Assembly: GCA_963699155.1 (NCBI GenBank)
Contig: OY969414.1
Coordinates: forward strand, 267,757 to 331,756
DNA from: an uncultured Chlamydiales bacterium
GTDB lineage: Bacteria; Chlamydiota; Chlamydiia; Chlamydiales; JAAKFR01
Length of the DNA stretch: 64,000 nucleotides
Direction of reading: 5' to 3'
Shown: piece by piece, positions 28,333-37,913 of the stretch
Layout of the letters: every line of letters begins with the position of its first letter
Numbering within the stretch: position 1 is the first letter of the stretch
Notes under the pieces: model-generated
Seen by the model: only the letters and a program-made list of their open reading frames with translations
What the model was told of the DNA's origin: nothing
Database searches by the model: none
Position numbers and translations under genes: made by a program

Positions 28333-29499
28333 TTAAATCAGCTGCAAAAGCAAAGTCAGTCCAATTGTGCCATAGAAAATCGGTTTTACTGGCTTGAAAT
28401 CGTAGAGCTTATACAAGATATTGAGCACCGTCAATACGATCAAAGCGGGATAACAGACTTGCAAAATAGGGATGAGGAAGGCACTGATCCCTTGGAAGTG
28501 GAGGGTTGAAACGAGAAAGGAGACAGCCAAAGTAAGTAGCAGCGCGACCCAGTAAGGACATTTCTCTCTCAAAAATGCGCGGTGCAGAAATTCGGCAAAG
28601 ACAGCTGTCAAGGCAATCTCTGTCGTAAAGCAGGCAAAACAGACTGCAACGCTGGCAATCAGACCCGCTTGCGGCCCTAGCAGCTTGTAGGCGAGCGTTC
28701 CTAGAAGTTGATCATGGGCAACCTCGCTCAATTCTTGACTGTAACCTGCCGCTAAAAAGGAAAAGGCAACATAGACGAGCGATAGAAGGAGTGCAGCGAT
28801 CAAACTTCCCGCTACAGCCGTTTTCATCATGGCTTTGCGATCCTGTCCCTCGGTTTTCCGCAAACAGAGCAAAACGACCGAAGAGAAGAAAAAGGCAGCG
28901 AGTAGGTCCATCGTATTATAGCCGCTCAAGATTCCATGAGAAAAAGTCTGCCAGGCAGAATGGGAAGAAGCTTCTGCAGAAGGCATCACCCATAAGCCAC
29001 GCAGGACAATGACTCCTAAAGAGAGGAGCAGAACAGGTGTCAGGACGTAGCCTAAAAGCGCCAACACCTTTCCCTGACGGAAGGTGAAGAAAAAGAGAAA
29101 AACAGCAGAAAGGGCGCTGAATAGGGGCAGATTCAACCAGCTCAGCGAATCAAATTGAAAGGCATCGAGGGTAGCATAGGAGATCGCGATGCAGCGGGGA
29201 ATGCCGCCTAGAGGACCGATCAATCCTAGAATGGCAAGTGTTACTAGGAAACCAGGAATTTTTCCGATGCGGTTAAAAAAGGTCATGTAGTTGCCATCAT
29301 AGAGCATCATCGCCAGGAGGCCCATCAAAGGGACACAGACGGCTGTCAGAATCAGCCCCATGATGCCATAAACATTTTGATCTTGGGTAAATTGGCCCAT
29401 GGCGAGAGGAAAAACGATGTTTCCTGCCCCAAAGAACATGGAAAACATCGCTAAGCCTGTGGCTACAACAGCTGAGAAACTCCTTGCAAGAGTAACCAT
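28333..29499 (-). CDS. brnQ: Branched-chain amino acid transporter BrnQ
   Basis: GLAMFSMFFGAGNIVFP, GYNTMDLLAAFFF, ACFTT; ~12 TM segments. Confidence 0.93.
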   Translation of the reverse strand: MVTLARSFSAVVATGLAMFSMFFGAGNIVFPLAMGQFTQDQNVYGIMGLILTAVCVPLMGLLAMMLYDGNYMTFFNRIGKIPGFLVTLAILGLIGPLGGIPRCIAISYATLDAFQFDSLSWLNLPLFSALSAVFLFFFTFRQGKVLALLGYVLTPVLLLSLGVIVLRGLWVMPSAEASSHSAWQTFSHGILSGYNTMDLLAAFFFSSVVLLCLRKTEGQDRKAMMKTAVAGSLIAALLLSLVYVAFSFLAAGYSQELSEVAHDQLLGTLAYKLLGPQAGLIASVAVCFACFTTEIALTAVFAEFLHRAFLREKCPYWVALLLTLAVSFLVSTLHFQGISAFLIPILQVCYPALIVLTVLNILYKLYDFKPVKPIFYGTIGLTLLLQLI

Positions 29500-29720
29500 T
29501 TTTTCTCTCCTTAAAAATAAAAGGGGTTAATTATATCATATTTCGAGGTTTAATTCTCCCTCGTTATTCAATCAGTAAAAAAAGTAATGAAAAAATGATT
29601 TAGAATGTCCCCTGAGGGACAATAATGATGACGCGGACGATAGAGACGAAATGATCGTTCAGCATATCCTCATTTTACTTGTGACAGGGTTTTTTTAACA
29701 AATTGATTTTCATAATCCCC

Positions 29721-29789
29721 CTCTGTGCGCTCTGTGTGCTCTGTGGTGCGCTTTTTTATTTTACTACAGAGAGCACAGAGCACACAGAG
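29721..29789. repeat. CTCTGTG/CACAGAG short-repeat hairpin
   Basis: ctctgtgcgctctgtgtgctctgtggt ... actacagagagcacagagcacacagag, immediately downstream of nth. Confidence 0.8.
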
Positions 29790-29799
29790 AGAGAGGGAA

Positions 29800-30426
29800 T
29801 CAAACTCTTTCTTTAATAGCCTGGCAGATAGGGCATTCTGAGATGACATGCCGCAGGGCGGGGCAGAAGGCTCTGGCATAGTAGATGATCTGGAGGTGGA
29901 GGCGGATCCACTCTTTTTTTGGATAGAGCCTTTTGAGGTCGGCTTCAACAGCTTTGACCGTTTTTCCTTTGGAGAGACCCCAACGACGGGCAGAGCGGAA
30001 GATGTGGGTGTCTACGGGGAAGGCGGGAATGTGAAAGGCCTGCGCCATGATGACAGAAGCTGTTTTGTGGCCAACTCCGGGGAGGCTTTCTAACTCCTCG
30101 AAGGTGTGTGGGACCTGTCCATTATAGTTTTCGAGAAGTAGGCGGGAGAGCTCACGTAGAGCATGCGCTTTTTGGGGAGAGAGGCCGCACGGTTTGATGA
30201 AAGAGCGGATCTCTTCTTCAGAGAGTTTTGCCATTTGTTGAGGAGTGGAGGCTTTGGCGAATAGCGCGGGCGTGATTCTGTTGACCATCGCATCGGTTGA
30301 GCGGGCAGAGAGGACCACTGCGATGAGGAGAGTGTAGGGATCGGAATGAGAGAGTGGGATAGCGGGATCAGGGAAATGTTCATCTAACAGCTGTTTGACG
30401 AGGCGGGCTCGGGTTTTAGGGTTCAT
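29800..30426 (-). CDS. nth: Endonuclease III
   Basis: LLIAVVLSARSTD, HhH motif LPGVGHKTASV, AFPVDTHIFR. Confidence 0.95.
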   Translation of the reverse strand: MNPKTRARLVKQLLDEHFPDPAIPLSHSDPYTLLIAVVLSARSTDAMVNRITPALFAKASTPQQMAKLSEEEIRSFIKPCGLSPQKAHALRELSRLLLENYNGQVPHTFEELESLPGVGHKTASVIMAQAFHIPAFPVDTHIFRSARRWGLSKGKTVKAVEADLKRLYPKKEWIRLHLQIIYYARAFCPALRHVISECPICQAIKERV

Positions 30427-30427
30427 T

Positions 30428-31876
30428 TCATTTACCAATACAAAACTGTGAAAAAATGGAGCTCAGAATCTCTTCTGAGATGTCGGTGCCGATCATGCGG
30501 CCCAAGGCTGCAAGTGAGCTGCGCATTTCAGCGGCCAGGAATTCGGGAGAAACTTTCTCTTTTAAACCGGAAATGACTTTGTGAAGGGCTCCCACAGACT
30601 CTGCAAGCGCCTCATGATGGCGAAGTGTAGTGATGACGAGCTCCTCCTTCGAGGGAGCTCCCCCTTTCCAGATCAGCTGCGCGATCTTGCTCTTCAACTC
30701 CTCCAAACCGATTCTCTCTTTAGCCGAAATTTTGAGCTGGTGGGGGAAAGGGGTTTGGGAGAGCGAATGAGAGGGAAGATCGGTTTTATTCCAGAGCAGC
30801 AGGGTGCGGTCGGTCGGCAAGAGATGGAAGAGCTCTCTCTCCTTTTCTCCAACCTTTTGGGCTGCGTCGAGGACTAAAAGGATCAGATCGGCAGCAAAAG
30901 CTGCCTTTTTGGAACGACGGATGCCCTCCTTTTCGATGATCTCCTCCGTCTGGCGGATGCCCGCCGTATCCGTTAAGCGAAAATGGAGACCGCCGATCGT
31001 CAACTCCTCATGCAGAAGATCACGCGTCGTGCCGGCAATCGGAGTGACGATAGCCCTCTCCTGATCGAGGAGGGCATTCATCAACGACGATTTTCCCGCA
31101 TTGGGTGGGCCGATGATGCAGAGAGAAATGCCCTCCACCATTTTTTTGCCATCGTGGAATGTGTCTAAGAGCCTTTCCATCTCGTAGCCAAGTTGCTGCA
31201 ACTGATGGATGATCTCATTCTCGGAAAGGAATTCAAGACCCTCTTCAGGGAAATCGACCCATGCTTCTAAAATCGCAGCGAGGCGAATCAGCTCTCCTTG
31301 AAAGGTCGATATCTTTAGTGAAAGTGCCCCCTCTAAATGTTTCCCAGCCGCAGCAAAAGCTTGTTCATTTTTGGCGCTGATCAGATTTTGGACCGCTTCC
31401 GCTTGAGCAAGGTCGAGTTTGCCATTGAGGAATGCTTTGAAGGTAAACTCCCCTGGCATTGCCGATCGAGCTCCAGCCTCTAAACAGGCCTCCAAGACCT
31501 TCCTAGAGGCGATCATGCCGCCATGACACTGCAGCTCCACAGTATCTTCCCCCGTATAGGACTTCGGCGCTTTCATGACTAGCACGAGCGCCTCATCGAC
31601 CATCTCCCCTTTTACATTGTGAATTTTGGTCAGATGAGCGGTATGAGAAGCATAGCGGTTTACATCACTCTTACAGACTTTGGCAGCAATCTGAAAGGCC
31701 TCATTTCCTGAGATCCGAATGATGCTGATCCCCCCCTCACCTGGCGGTGTGGCGATAGCTGCAATGGTTTCGCCAGGGATAAAAGGGCGATGAATAAATT
31801 TCACGTCTCGACTTTGTAAATTTTTTGGCGGCATCTCAGAGAGAACCGCGGGTCCTTTTTTAATTTTTTCGCTCAT
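30428..31876 (-). CDS. mnmE: tRNA modification GTPase MnmE (TrmE)
   Basis: TIAAIATPPGEGGISIIRISG, GPPNAGKSS, DTAGIR, C-terminal FCIGK; true start may be slightly downstream. Confidence 0.97.
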   Translation of the reverse strand: MSEKIKKGPAVLSEMPPKNLQSRDVKFIHRPFIPGETIAAIATPPGEGGISIIRISGNEAFQIAAKVCKSDVNRYASHTAHLTKIHNVKGEMVDEALVLVMKAPKSYTGEDTVELQCHGGMIASRKVLEACLEAGARSAMPGEFTFKAFLNGKLDLAQAEAVQNLISAKNEQAFAAAGKHLEGALSLKISTFQGELIRLAAILEAWVDFPEEGLEFLSENEIIHQLQQLGYEMERLLDTFHDGKKMVEGISLCIIGPPNAGKSSLMNALLDQERAIVTPIAGTTRDLLHEELTIGGLHFRLTDTAGIRQTEEIIEKEGIRRSKKAAFAADLILLVLDAAQKVGEKERELFHLLPTDRTLLLWNKTDLPSHSLSQTPFPHQLKISAKERIGLEELKSKIAQLIWKGGAPSKEELVITTLRHHEALAESVGALHKVISGLKEKVSPEFLAAEMRSSLAALGRMIGTDISEEILSSIFSQFCIGK

Positions 31877-32004
31877 TAATAGCGCCTCCGGCTATGAATT
31901 TCGCGAAAAAATTAAAAAACGATCTCGCGTTTCCTCCGATCTGCTCGCCAAAAATTTTACAAAATCGAGATTCAAAAAAAAGAAATGGTGCATTATTCTA
32001 ACTA

Positions 32005-32355
32005 ATGCCGACAATTTTAATTAAAAATATGAAATTAGTACTAGCTCTACTTTTATTTGCTTCGCCTCTTGTCGCTGCCCCACACGACGAAGTATTGGTG
32101 GTCGAGGAGCTGATTGCGACCACTGAAAAAAATTTGAAGGCTCAAGAAGAGCTTCTGAAACAGCTCCACAACTACCATAGCGCGCGGGATGCCTTTATCG
32201 CTGATCCTGAGAGCAGCAAACGGGCCACAGCCCTCGTCAAAAGGGCTATGCGCCTGCAGACTCATATCGAACAGGAGCACCTCTCCCAACTCTTTTCCAG
32301 CGATTTTTTGACTGAATTGTCTTTCTACAATCAGGTCGGGAAGGGACGAGGCTAA
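32005..32355 (+). CDS. Small exported hypothetical protein
   Basis: Signal-like MKLVLALLLFASPLVA followed by a helical domain. Confidence 0.65.
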   Translation: MPTILIKNMKLVLALLLFASPLVAAPHDEVLVVEELIATTEKNLKAQEELLKQLHNYHSARDAFIADPESSKRATALVKRAMRLQTHIEQEHLSQLFSSDFLTELSFYNQVGKGRG

Positions 32356-32356
32356 C

Positions 32357-33250
32357 TTGTCCAAAACAGATAAAATTTACTATATCGATCGGCGCACCAA
32401 GGAGACAAAATTAGAGAAAGTCTATTGTGGACCCTTTCTCCGCTTTCTTTATTCCACTCTTTTGGGCAAACAGTTGGTAAACTGTCTCGCCTATTTTCCC
32501 TATTTTTCCAGGTTGGTCGGTTGGTGGCAGAGAAGGCCGTGGACAAAGCGAAAGATCGCCCATTTTATCCATAATTATGGCATCGACTCTACTGAATTCG
32601 AACAAAAAGTCACCGATTACGGCTCTTTCGATGCTTTTTTTACACGGAAGTTGAAAAGAGAGGCTCGTCCCCTAGGTGAAGGGCCCATTATTCCTGCTGA
32701 CGGCCGCTATCTTTTCCATCAAGATCTTTCACGAGCCGATGGCTTTGTCGTGAAGGGAAAAAAATTTAGCCTCGAAAAGCTGCTCAGGAGCCCTTCTTTA
32801 GCAGAAAAATATAGTGAAGGCTCCCTTTTAATCGCGCGGCTCTGCCCTACCGACTATCACCGCTTTCACTTTCCTGTCGATTGCACTCCAGGGCCTGCCC
32901 AGTTGATCAACGGCTCCCTCTTTTCGGTCAACCCTATCGCTGTGAAACAAAATATCGAGATTTTTACAGAAAATAAGCGGATGATGACAGCGCTGCAAAC
33001 GGAGAAGTTTGGGACAATTCTCTTCATCGAAGTGGGCGCAACAGCCGTCGGAGCTATCCACCAAACCTTCCATCCTGGAAAAGCCTACAAAAAAGGGGAT
33101 GAGAAGGGCTATTTCTCCTTTGGAGGCTCATCGCTGATGCTTTTGTTTGAAAAAGAGAAAATTCACTTCGCATCTGATTTGCTGGCAAGCTCTGCGCAAT
33201 ACACTGAAATTCTTTGTCTTATGGGTCAGCCTCTCGAAAGAGCCATTTAA
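32357..33250 (+). CDS. psd: Phosphatidylserine decarboxylase proenzyme
   Basis: FDAFFTRKLK, RLCPTDYHRFHFP, EVGATAVG, GYFSFGGSS autocleavage motif. Confidence 0.95.
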   Translation: MSKTDKIYYIDRRTKETKLEKVYCGPFLRFLYSTLLGKQLVNCLAYFPYFSRLVGWWQRRPWTKRKIAHFIHNYGIDSTEFEQKVTDYGSFDAFFTRKLKREARPLGEGPIIPADGRYLFHQDLSRADGFVVKGKKFSLEKLLRSPSLAEKYSEGSLLIARLCPTDYHRFHFPVDCTPGPAQLINGSLFSVNPIAVKQNIEIFTENKRMMTALQTEKFGTILFIEVGATAVGAIHQTFHPGKAYKKGDEKGYFSFGGSSLMLLFEKEKIHFASDLLASSAQYTEILCLMGQPLERAI

Positions 33251-33312
33251 TTCTTTATTTAAATTCTCTAAAACGATATCTAATGTATTAAATCCTATAC
33301 ATTTGCTTTCCC

Positions 33313-34644
33313 ATGTTTATCGCATTTGCTTCATTGATTCTTGGTATCATTATTCTGATCTCGTTGCGTGATTGGGCGCACTATGCGCGCAGGTCAAACA
33401 AATCGATCCAAAAGAGCCTCAAAAAGGCCTCTCAACGCATTTCATTACAGGATTGGGAAGGAGCATCTAAAGAGTTGATTCCCCTTCTAGAGAGCAGTAA
33501 AGGGGGAAAAGAGGCAGCTCTCTGTGAGATTCAGTTATTGAAAGGGCAAGGAATGACGGAAGAGGCGCTGCTTAAGACGCATGCAGCGGCTCTCACTTAC
33601 CCTGAGGAGCTCTCTTTCCGTTTAGAAGAGGGAGTTCTTTTAGCTGAACTCGGTCTATATCAAGAGGCTGTAGAGGCCTTTAAAGCCTCCTCTTCGATTC
33701 TCCGGACTGAAGCTGAGGTGATCGCCTTTGCGGAAGCGGCGCTGAAAACGGGAAATCCCCATCTCTGTTTAGACCTCCTACAACCCTATTTAGAGCCTAC
33801 AGGCAGTGGCAAAGCAGAGCATACCCGCAGCGGTAAAGCGATGGCCTTAGCGGCGGACGCTTTCTATGAGCTAAAAGAGTTCTCCCATGCCATTCAAGGT
33901 TATCTGCACGCCCTGCGTGCAGGACATGCCAGCCACCATACCTTTCTGCACCTCGGTCACTCCTATCGAAGGCATGGCAACCTCGCAGAGGCTGAGAAGA
34001 TTTTCAGGGAGCTCAACGATAAAGATCCAGCCGACATCGACGCTGTTTTAGGCATCGGTAGCTGCCTCCAAGAAAGGGGACAATACACCAAGGCCTTCCT
34101 CGTCTATCAGACGGGACTCTCCTGGAGTCGGGACTTACGCCTTCTACAGAAAGCGGCCTATGCCGCCTTGCGCACCAAACGTTATGCCCAGGCCGAATCC
34201 TATTTTTTTGAAGTCACGCAGCGCCTAAAACCCGATGCACTCACCCTCGCCTACTATGGACTCTCCCTCGAATGCCAGAAGAAATGGAGTGATGCCCAGC
34301 AGATCTACCACAAACTTGTAGAGTTCTTTCCCGATTCACACCATGGCTACCGCGCCCTCGCCTGGATGTTCGGCGTCGGCATGAGTCAAAATCTCACCCC
34401 CGATCAGGGCCTCCACTTTGCCCAAAAAGCACTCCAACTCCAAAATGATTCCACTTCCTGGGAAATTCTGAGCGCCTGCATTGCCCGCACCGGCGAATTT
34501 GAGAAGGCCTACCAGATTCAACTCTCCCTCGCTAAACAAGATCGAGACCACACCACCCGCAATCGCCGCCAGCAGGTCCTCCGCACCCTTCGCAAAAAAG
34601 AACCCCTCCAGGACCAGCAGGTCCTCCGCTCTCTCGTCGCTTAA
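33313..34644 (+). CDS. Membrane-anchored TPR protein (CT700-like)
   Basis: N-terminal TM, multiple TPRs; position between psd and secA. Confidence 0.8.
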   Translation: MFIAFASLILGIIILISLRDWAHYARRSNKSIQKSLKKASQRISLQDWEGASKELIPLLESSKGGKEAALCEIQLLKGQGMTEEALLKTHAAALTYPEELSFRLEEGVLLAELGLYQEAVEAFKASSSILRTEAEVIAFAEAALKTGNPHLCLDLLQPYLEPTGSGKAEHTRSGKAMALAADAFYELKEFSHAIQGYLHALRAGHASHHTFLHLGHSYRRHGNLAEAEKIFRELNDKDPADIDAVLGIGSCLQERGQYTKAFLVYQTGLSWSRDLRLLQKAAYAALRTKRYAQAESYFFEVTQRLKPDALTLAYYGLSLECQKKWSDAQQIYHKLVEFFPDSHHGYRALAWMFGVGMSQNLTPDQGLHFAQKALQLQNDSTSWEILSACIARTGEFEKAYQIQLSLAKQDRDHTTRNRRQQVLRTLRKKEPLQDQQVLRSLVA

Positions 34645-34645
34645 A

Positions 34646-34704
34646 CCGTGCCTTTGCCTGTGCCTATGCCCGACCTTATAATTCGGGCACAGGCACAGGC
34701 ACGG
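34646..34704. repeat. Hairpin built of GTGCC(C/T) hexamer repeats
   Basis: ccgtgcctttgcctgtgcctatgcccga / tcgggcacaggcacaggcacgg; partial copy at ~37817-37830 after secA. Confidence 0.75.
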
Positions 34705-34719
34705 GATTTTGTGAGGCGA

Positions 34720-34748
34720 TTGCAATTTTGGGGATTTCGGAGTATAAT
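34720..34748 (+). promoter_or_regulatory. Sigma66/sigma70-type promoter for secA
   Basis: TTGCAA-17 bp-TATAAT, 31 bp upstream of ATG 34780. Confidence 0.7.
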
Positions 34749-34779
34749 GTGGAATTCTAATCCAAAGGATAAGTGGGAC

Positions 34780-37700
34780 ATGTTTGACTTTTTGAAAAAA
34801 TTGTTTGGCACATCACAAGAGAGAAGCTTGACTCGATTTCGAAAGATCGTGATCGAAGTGAATAAATGGGAAGAGAGATATCAGAAGCTGAGTGATGCTG
34901 AGGCTCGCCAAAAGACAGAAGATTTCAAAAAGCGCTATCAGGCTGGAGAGATGCTCGATCAGCTCCTGCCAGAAGCCTATGCTCTAGTCAAAAATGTCTG
35001 CCGCAGGTTATCGGGCACCGAGGTCCACGTTTCCGGTTATGATCAGAAGTGGGACATGATCCCCTACGATGTCCAGATTTTGGGCGCTATCGCCATGCAT
35101 AAAGGCAATATTTCTGAGATGCAGACGGGAGAAGGAAAGACGCTCACCGCGGTCATGCCTCTCTATCTCAATGCCCTTTCTGGTGAGTCTGTCCATCTGG
35201 TCACAGTGAACGACTATTTGGTCAACAGGGATGCTCAATGGGTCGGCTCTGTCTTGCGCTGGCTGGGCCTCAAGACTGGTGTTTTGACTAATGAGACTCC
35301 ACAACAATCCCGAAAAGAGGTCTACAATTGTGACGTCGTCTATGGCACTGCCTCCGAATTTGGATTCGATTATCTCCGTGACAACTCGATGGCAGCTACC
35401 CAAGAGGAGCAGGTGCAGCGCGGCTATTTCTATGCCATTATCGACGAGATCGACTCTATTTTGATCGATGAGGCGCGCACCCCGTTGATCATTTCCGGCC
35501 CCACTCCAAAAAGCACGCAGATGTATGCGGAATTGAAAGAGGGCGCTGCTCAGCTCGTCCGGATGCAGCGCGATTTAGCGGGAAGGATCTCTCTAGAGGC
35601 CAAAAAAGTGGTCGAACCCTATTTTCAGGCTGAAGAGCTGCCCAAAGAGAAAAAAGAGCTCGAAGCGCTCAGAGATGCCTGTTGTCGTTTATGGCTTGTG
35701 GGTAAGGGAATGCCTCACAATAAAATCTTGAGACGGGCAAAAGAAAATCCCGACCTTCGCACGGAAATCGACAAATGGGACACCTATTTCCACTCCGACC
35801 AAAACAAAGAAGAAAAACTGGACACGATCGCAGAACTCTTCATGGTGGTCGATGAGAAAGGGAATGAATTTGAGCTAACCGATAAGGGGATCCAAGCTTG
35901 GGCTGAGCTCACAGAAGGTTCTGCCAGCGATTTTGTCATGCTCGACCTCGGTTATGAATATGCCAAAATCGATGCAGACCCTGCTCTCAATGAAGAACAG
36001 CAGTTAGCAAAAAAGCTACAACTCAACGAAGAGGATGCACAGCGAAAAGAGCGCTCCCACAACCTGCGCCAGCTCCTCCGCGCCCATCTGTTGATGGAAA
36101 AGGATGTCGACTACATCATAGAGGGTGGAAAGATCGTCATCATCGACGAGCATACGGGAAGACCTCAACCGGGACGTCGCTTCTCAGATGGTCTCCATCA
36201 GGCGATCGAAGCCAAGGAAGGGGTTGAAATCCAGAAAGAAACCCAAACCTACGCTACGATTACCCTCCAAAACTACTTCAGGATGTATTCCAAGCTGGCT
36301 GGCATGACCGGTACAGCGATTACCGAAGCCTCCGAATTCAAAGAGATTTACAAGCTCGAAGTCCTCCAGATACCCACCTACAAGACTGCCCAGCGCAAAG
36401 ACTTTAATGACGAAATCTACATGACAGAGCGGGAAAAATATAATGCCATTCTCAAGGAAGTGAAGGAGGTCCATGAAAAGGGCCGTCCGATCCTAATTGG
36501 GACAGAATCGGTTGAAGTCTCTGAAAAACTCTCTCGTATCTTGCGCCAAAACCGGATCGAACACAACGTGTTGAACGCAAAGCACCATGACCAAGAGGCT
36601 GAAATCATCGCTCAGGCAGGTCACCAAAGTGCTGTCACCGTCTCCACCAATATGGCGGGCCGCGGTACTGACATCAAATTGAAAGGGGATGTGGCATCTC
36701 TCGGTGGCTTGCACGTCATTGGTACCACGCGCCACCAGTCTCGCCGCATCGACCGTCAGCTGCGCGGCCGTAGCGCCCGTCTCGGCGACCCTGGCTCTTC
36801 CAAATTCTTTATCTCCTTCGAAGACCAGTTGATGCGCCTCTTCGCTTCGCCGCGGCTCAATGCAATGATCCAGCGTTTTCGGCCACCTGAAGGGGAACCG
36901 ATCTCCGCCAACATCCTCAATCGATCGATAGAAACGGCTCAGAAGAGGGTGGAGGGGCGTAATTATACGATCCGTAAGTATACACTCGAATATGACGATG
37001 TCATGAACAAGCAGCGTCAGGAAATCTATAGCTTCCGCAACGAAATCCTTCACACAGATGACCTGATGCCCCTTGTCAGAAACCTCTTCCAGCAGGTCTG
37101 TCAAACCTTCGCAGCTGAGGCTTTCCAATCGCGCAGCCAAGAAGGGAGATGGAATCCTGAAGCTTTTCGCCAGCAGCTTATCAACCATTTCCCTGTCAGT
37201 TTTGAAGAGGGCGCCTTCGACGATGATCATAGTAGTGCTGAAGAGCTCGAGCAGAAAGCAACCGATAAGATCATCGAAGCGTTCGAACATAAATTCGCTG
37301 CCCAAACAAGCAATGCAGCCCGCTCCAATCCGCAGCTCGATGCGATGAAAATGGGCAACAACGCAATCCGTGGGGTGATGCTCCAAAAGATTGACCAGCT
37401 CTGGCAAGAGCACCTACTCACCATGGACCATCTCCGCTCTGAGGTCTCTCTGCGCACCATTGCCCAGCGCGATCCACTACTCGAGTTCAAACATGAGGCC
37501 TTTAAGCTCTTCCACGAATTGACAGGCAGTCTTAATAGCGAAATCGCGCGCAACCTCTTCCGCTTCGAAATCGCCGCCTACCATCCGAGCCTCTTCCAAG
37601 ATCTGCTCAAGCAGATCAGCTTAGAGACAAACCGCATGATCTTTGATGGCATCCCTGCCCAAGAGGAGGCGCCTCCTCAAGAGCCCCCTAAGCCGGCCGG

Positions 37701-37806
37701 CATCCCCATCATCTCCCCACCCAAAATAGGTAGGAATGATGATTGCCCCTGCAAGAGCGGCAGGAAGTATAAAAAGTGCTGCGGCCTCACCGAAGAGCTT
37801 GCCTAA
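34780..37806 (+). CDS. secA: Preprotein translocase ATPase SecA
   Basis: EMQTGEGKTL, IIDEIDSILIDEARTPLIISG, TNMAGRGTDI, C-terminal GRNDDCPCKSGRKYKKCC zinc motif. Confidence 0.98.
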   Translation: MFDFLKKLFGTSQERSLTRFRKIVIEVNKWEERYQKLSDAEARQKTEDFKKRYQAGEMLDQLLPEAYALVKNVCRRLSGTEVHVSGYDQKWDMIPYDVQILGAIAMHKGNISEMQTGEGKTLTAVMPLYLNALSGESVHLVTVNDYLVNRDAQWVGSVLRWLGLKTGVLTNETPQQSRKEVYNCDVVYGTASEFGFDYLRDNSMAATQEEQVQRGYFYAIIDEIDSILIDEARTPLIISGPTPKSTQMYAELKEGAAQLVRMQRDLAGRISLEAKKVVEPYFQAEELPKEKKELEALRDACCRLWLVGKGMPHNKILRRAKENPDLRTEIDKWDTYFHSDQNKEEKLDTIAELFMVVDEKGNEFELTDKGIQAWAELTEGSASDFVMLDLGYEYAKIDADPALNEEQQLAKKLQLNEEDAQRKERSHNLRQLLRAHLLMEKDVDYIIEGGKIVIIDEHTGRPQPGRRFSDGLHQAIEAKEGVEIQKETQTYATITLQNYFRMYSKLAGMTGTAITEASEFKEIYKLEVLQIPTYKTAQRKDFNDEIYMTEREKYNAILKEVKEVHEKGRPILIGTESVEVSEKLSRILRQNRIEHNVLNAKHHDQEAEIIAQAGHQSAVTVSTNMAGRGTDIKLKGDVASLGGLHVIGTTRHQSRRIDRQLRGRSARLGDPGSSKFFISFEDQLMRLFASPRLNAMIQRFRPPEGEPISANILNRSIETAQKRVEGRNYTIRKYTLEYDDVMNKQRQEIYSFRNEILHTDDLMPLVRNLFQQVCQTFAAEAFQSRSQEGRWNPEAFRQQLINHFPVSFEEGAFDDDHSSAEELEQKATDKIIEAFEHKFAAQTSNAARSNPQLDAMKMGNNAIRGVMLQKIDQLWQEHLLTMDHLRSEVSLRTIAQRDPLLEFKHEAFKLFHELTGSLNSEIARNLFRFEIAAYHPSLFQDLLKQISLETNRMIFDGIPAQEEAPPQEPPKPAGIPIISPPKIGRNDDCPCKSGRKYKKCCGLTEELA

Positions 37807-37847
37807 CTCATACATCGCGCCCGTGCCCGAACCAATTCGGCTCTTCC

Positions 37848-37880
37848 TCTTTCATTTAAATTTTTAAGTTTGTTATGGTG
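37848..37880 (+). promoter_or_regulatory. Duplicated promoter motif, copy 1
   Basis: TCTTTCATTTAAATTTTTAAGTTTGTTATGGTG, i.e. TTCATT-17-TATGGT with TG extension; nearly identical to 38735-38767. Confidence 0.6.
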
Positions 37881-37913
37881 GCAATATCTTTATCCGCCTG
37901 GAGGATTGCAAAC

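Noticed and set aside
29500-29700. Riboswitch or attenuator upstream of brnQ
   Set aside because: No T-box motif, leader peptide or convincing terminator/antiterminator pair seen
8904-29789. CACAGAG repeats as a CRISPR array
   Set aside because: No regular repeat-spacer periodicity, arms are inverted, and no cas genes are present
29800-29860. Nth C-terminal Fe-S motif with only three cysteines
   Set aside because: As I recall, chlamydial Nth proteins share this variant, so it is not novel
34648-34779. 44-aa N-terminal extension of SecA in the ORF track
   Set aside because: It translates the hexamer hairpin and the promoter; MFDFLKKLFG at 34780 is the typical start
36493-37413. 306-aa antisense ORF within secA, and similar shadow ORFs opposite sctC, lpdA, gspD and others
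   Set aside because: Typical antisense shadows of well-supported genes
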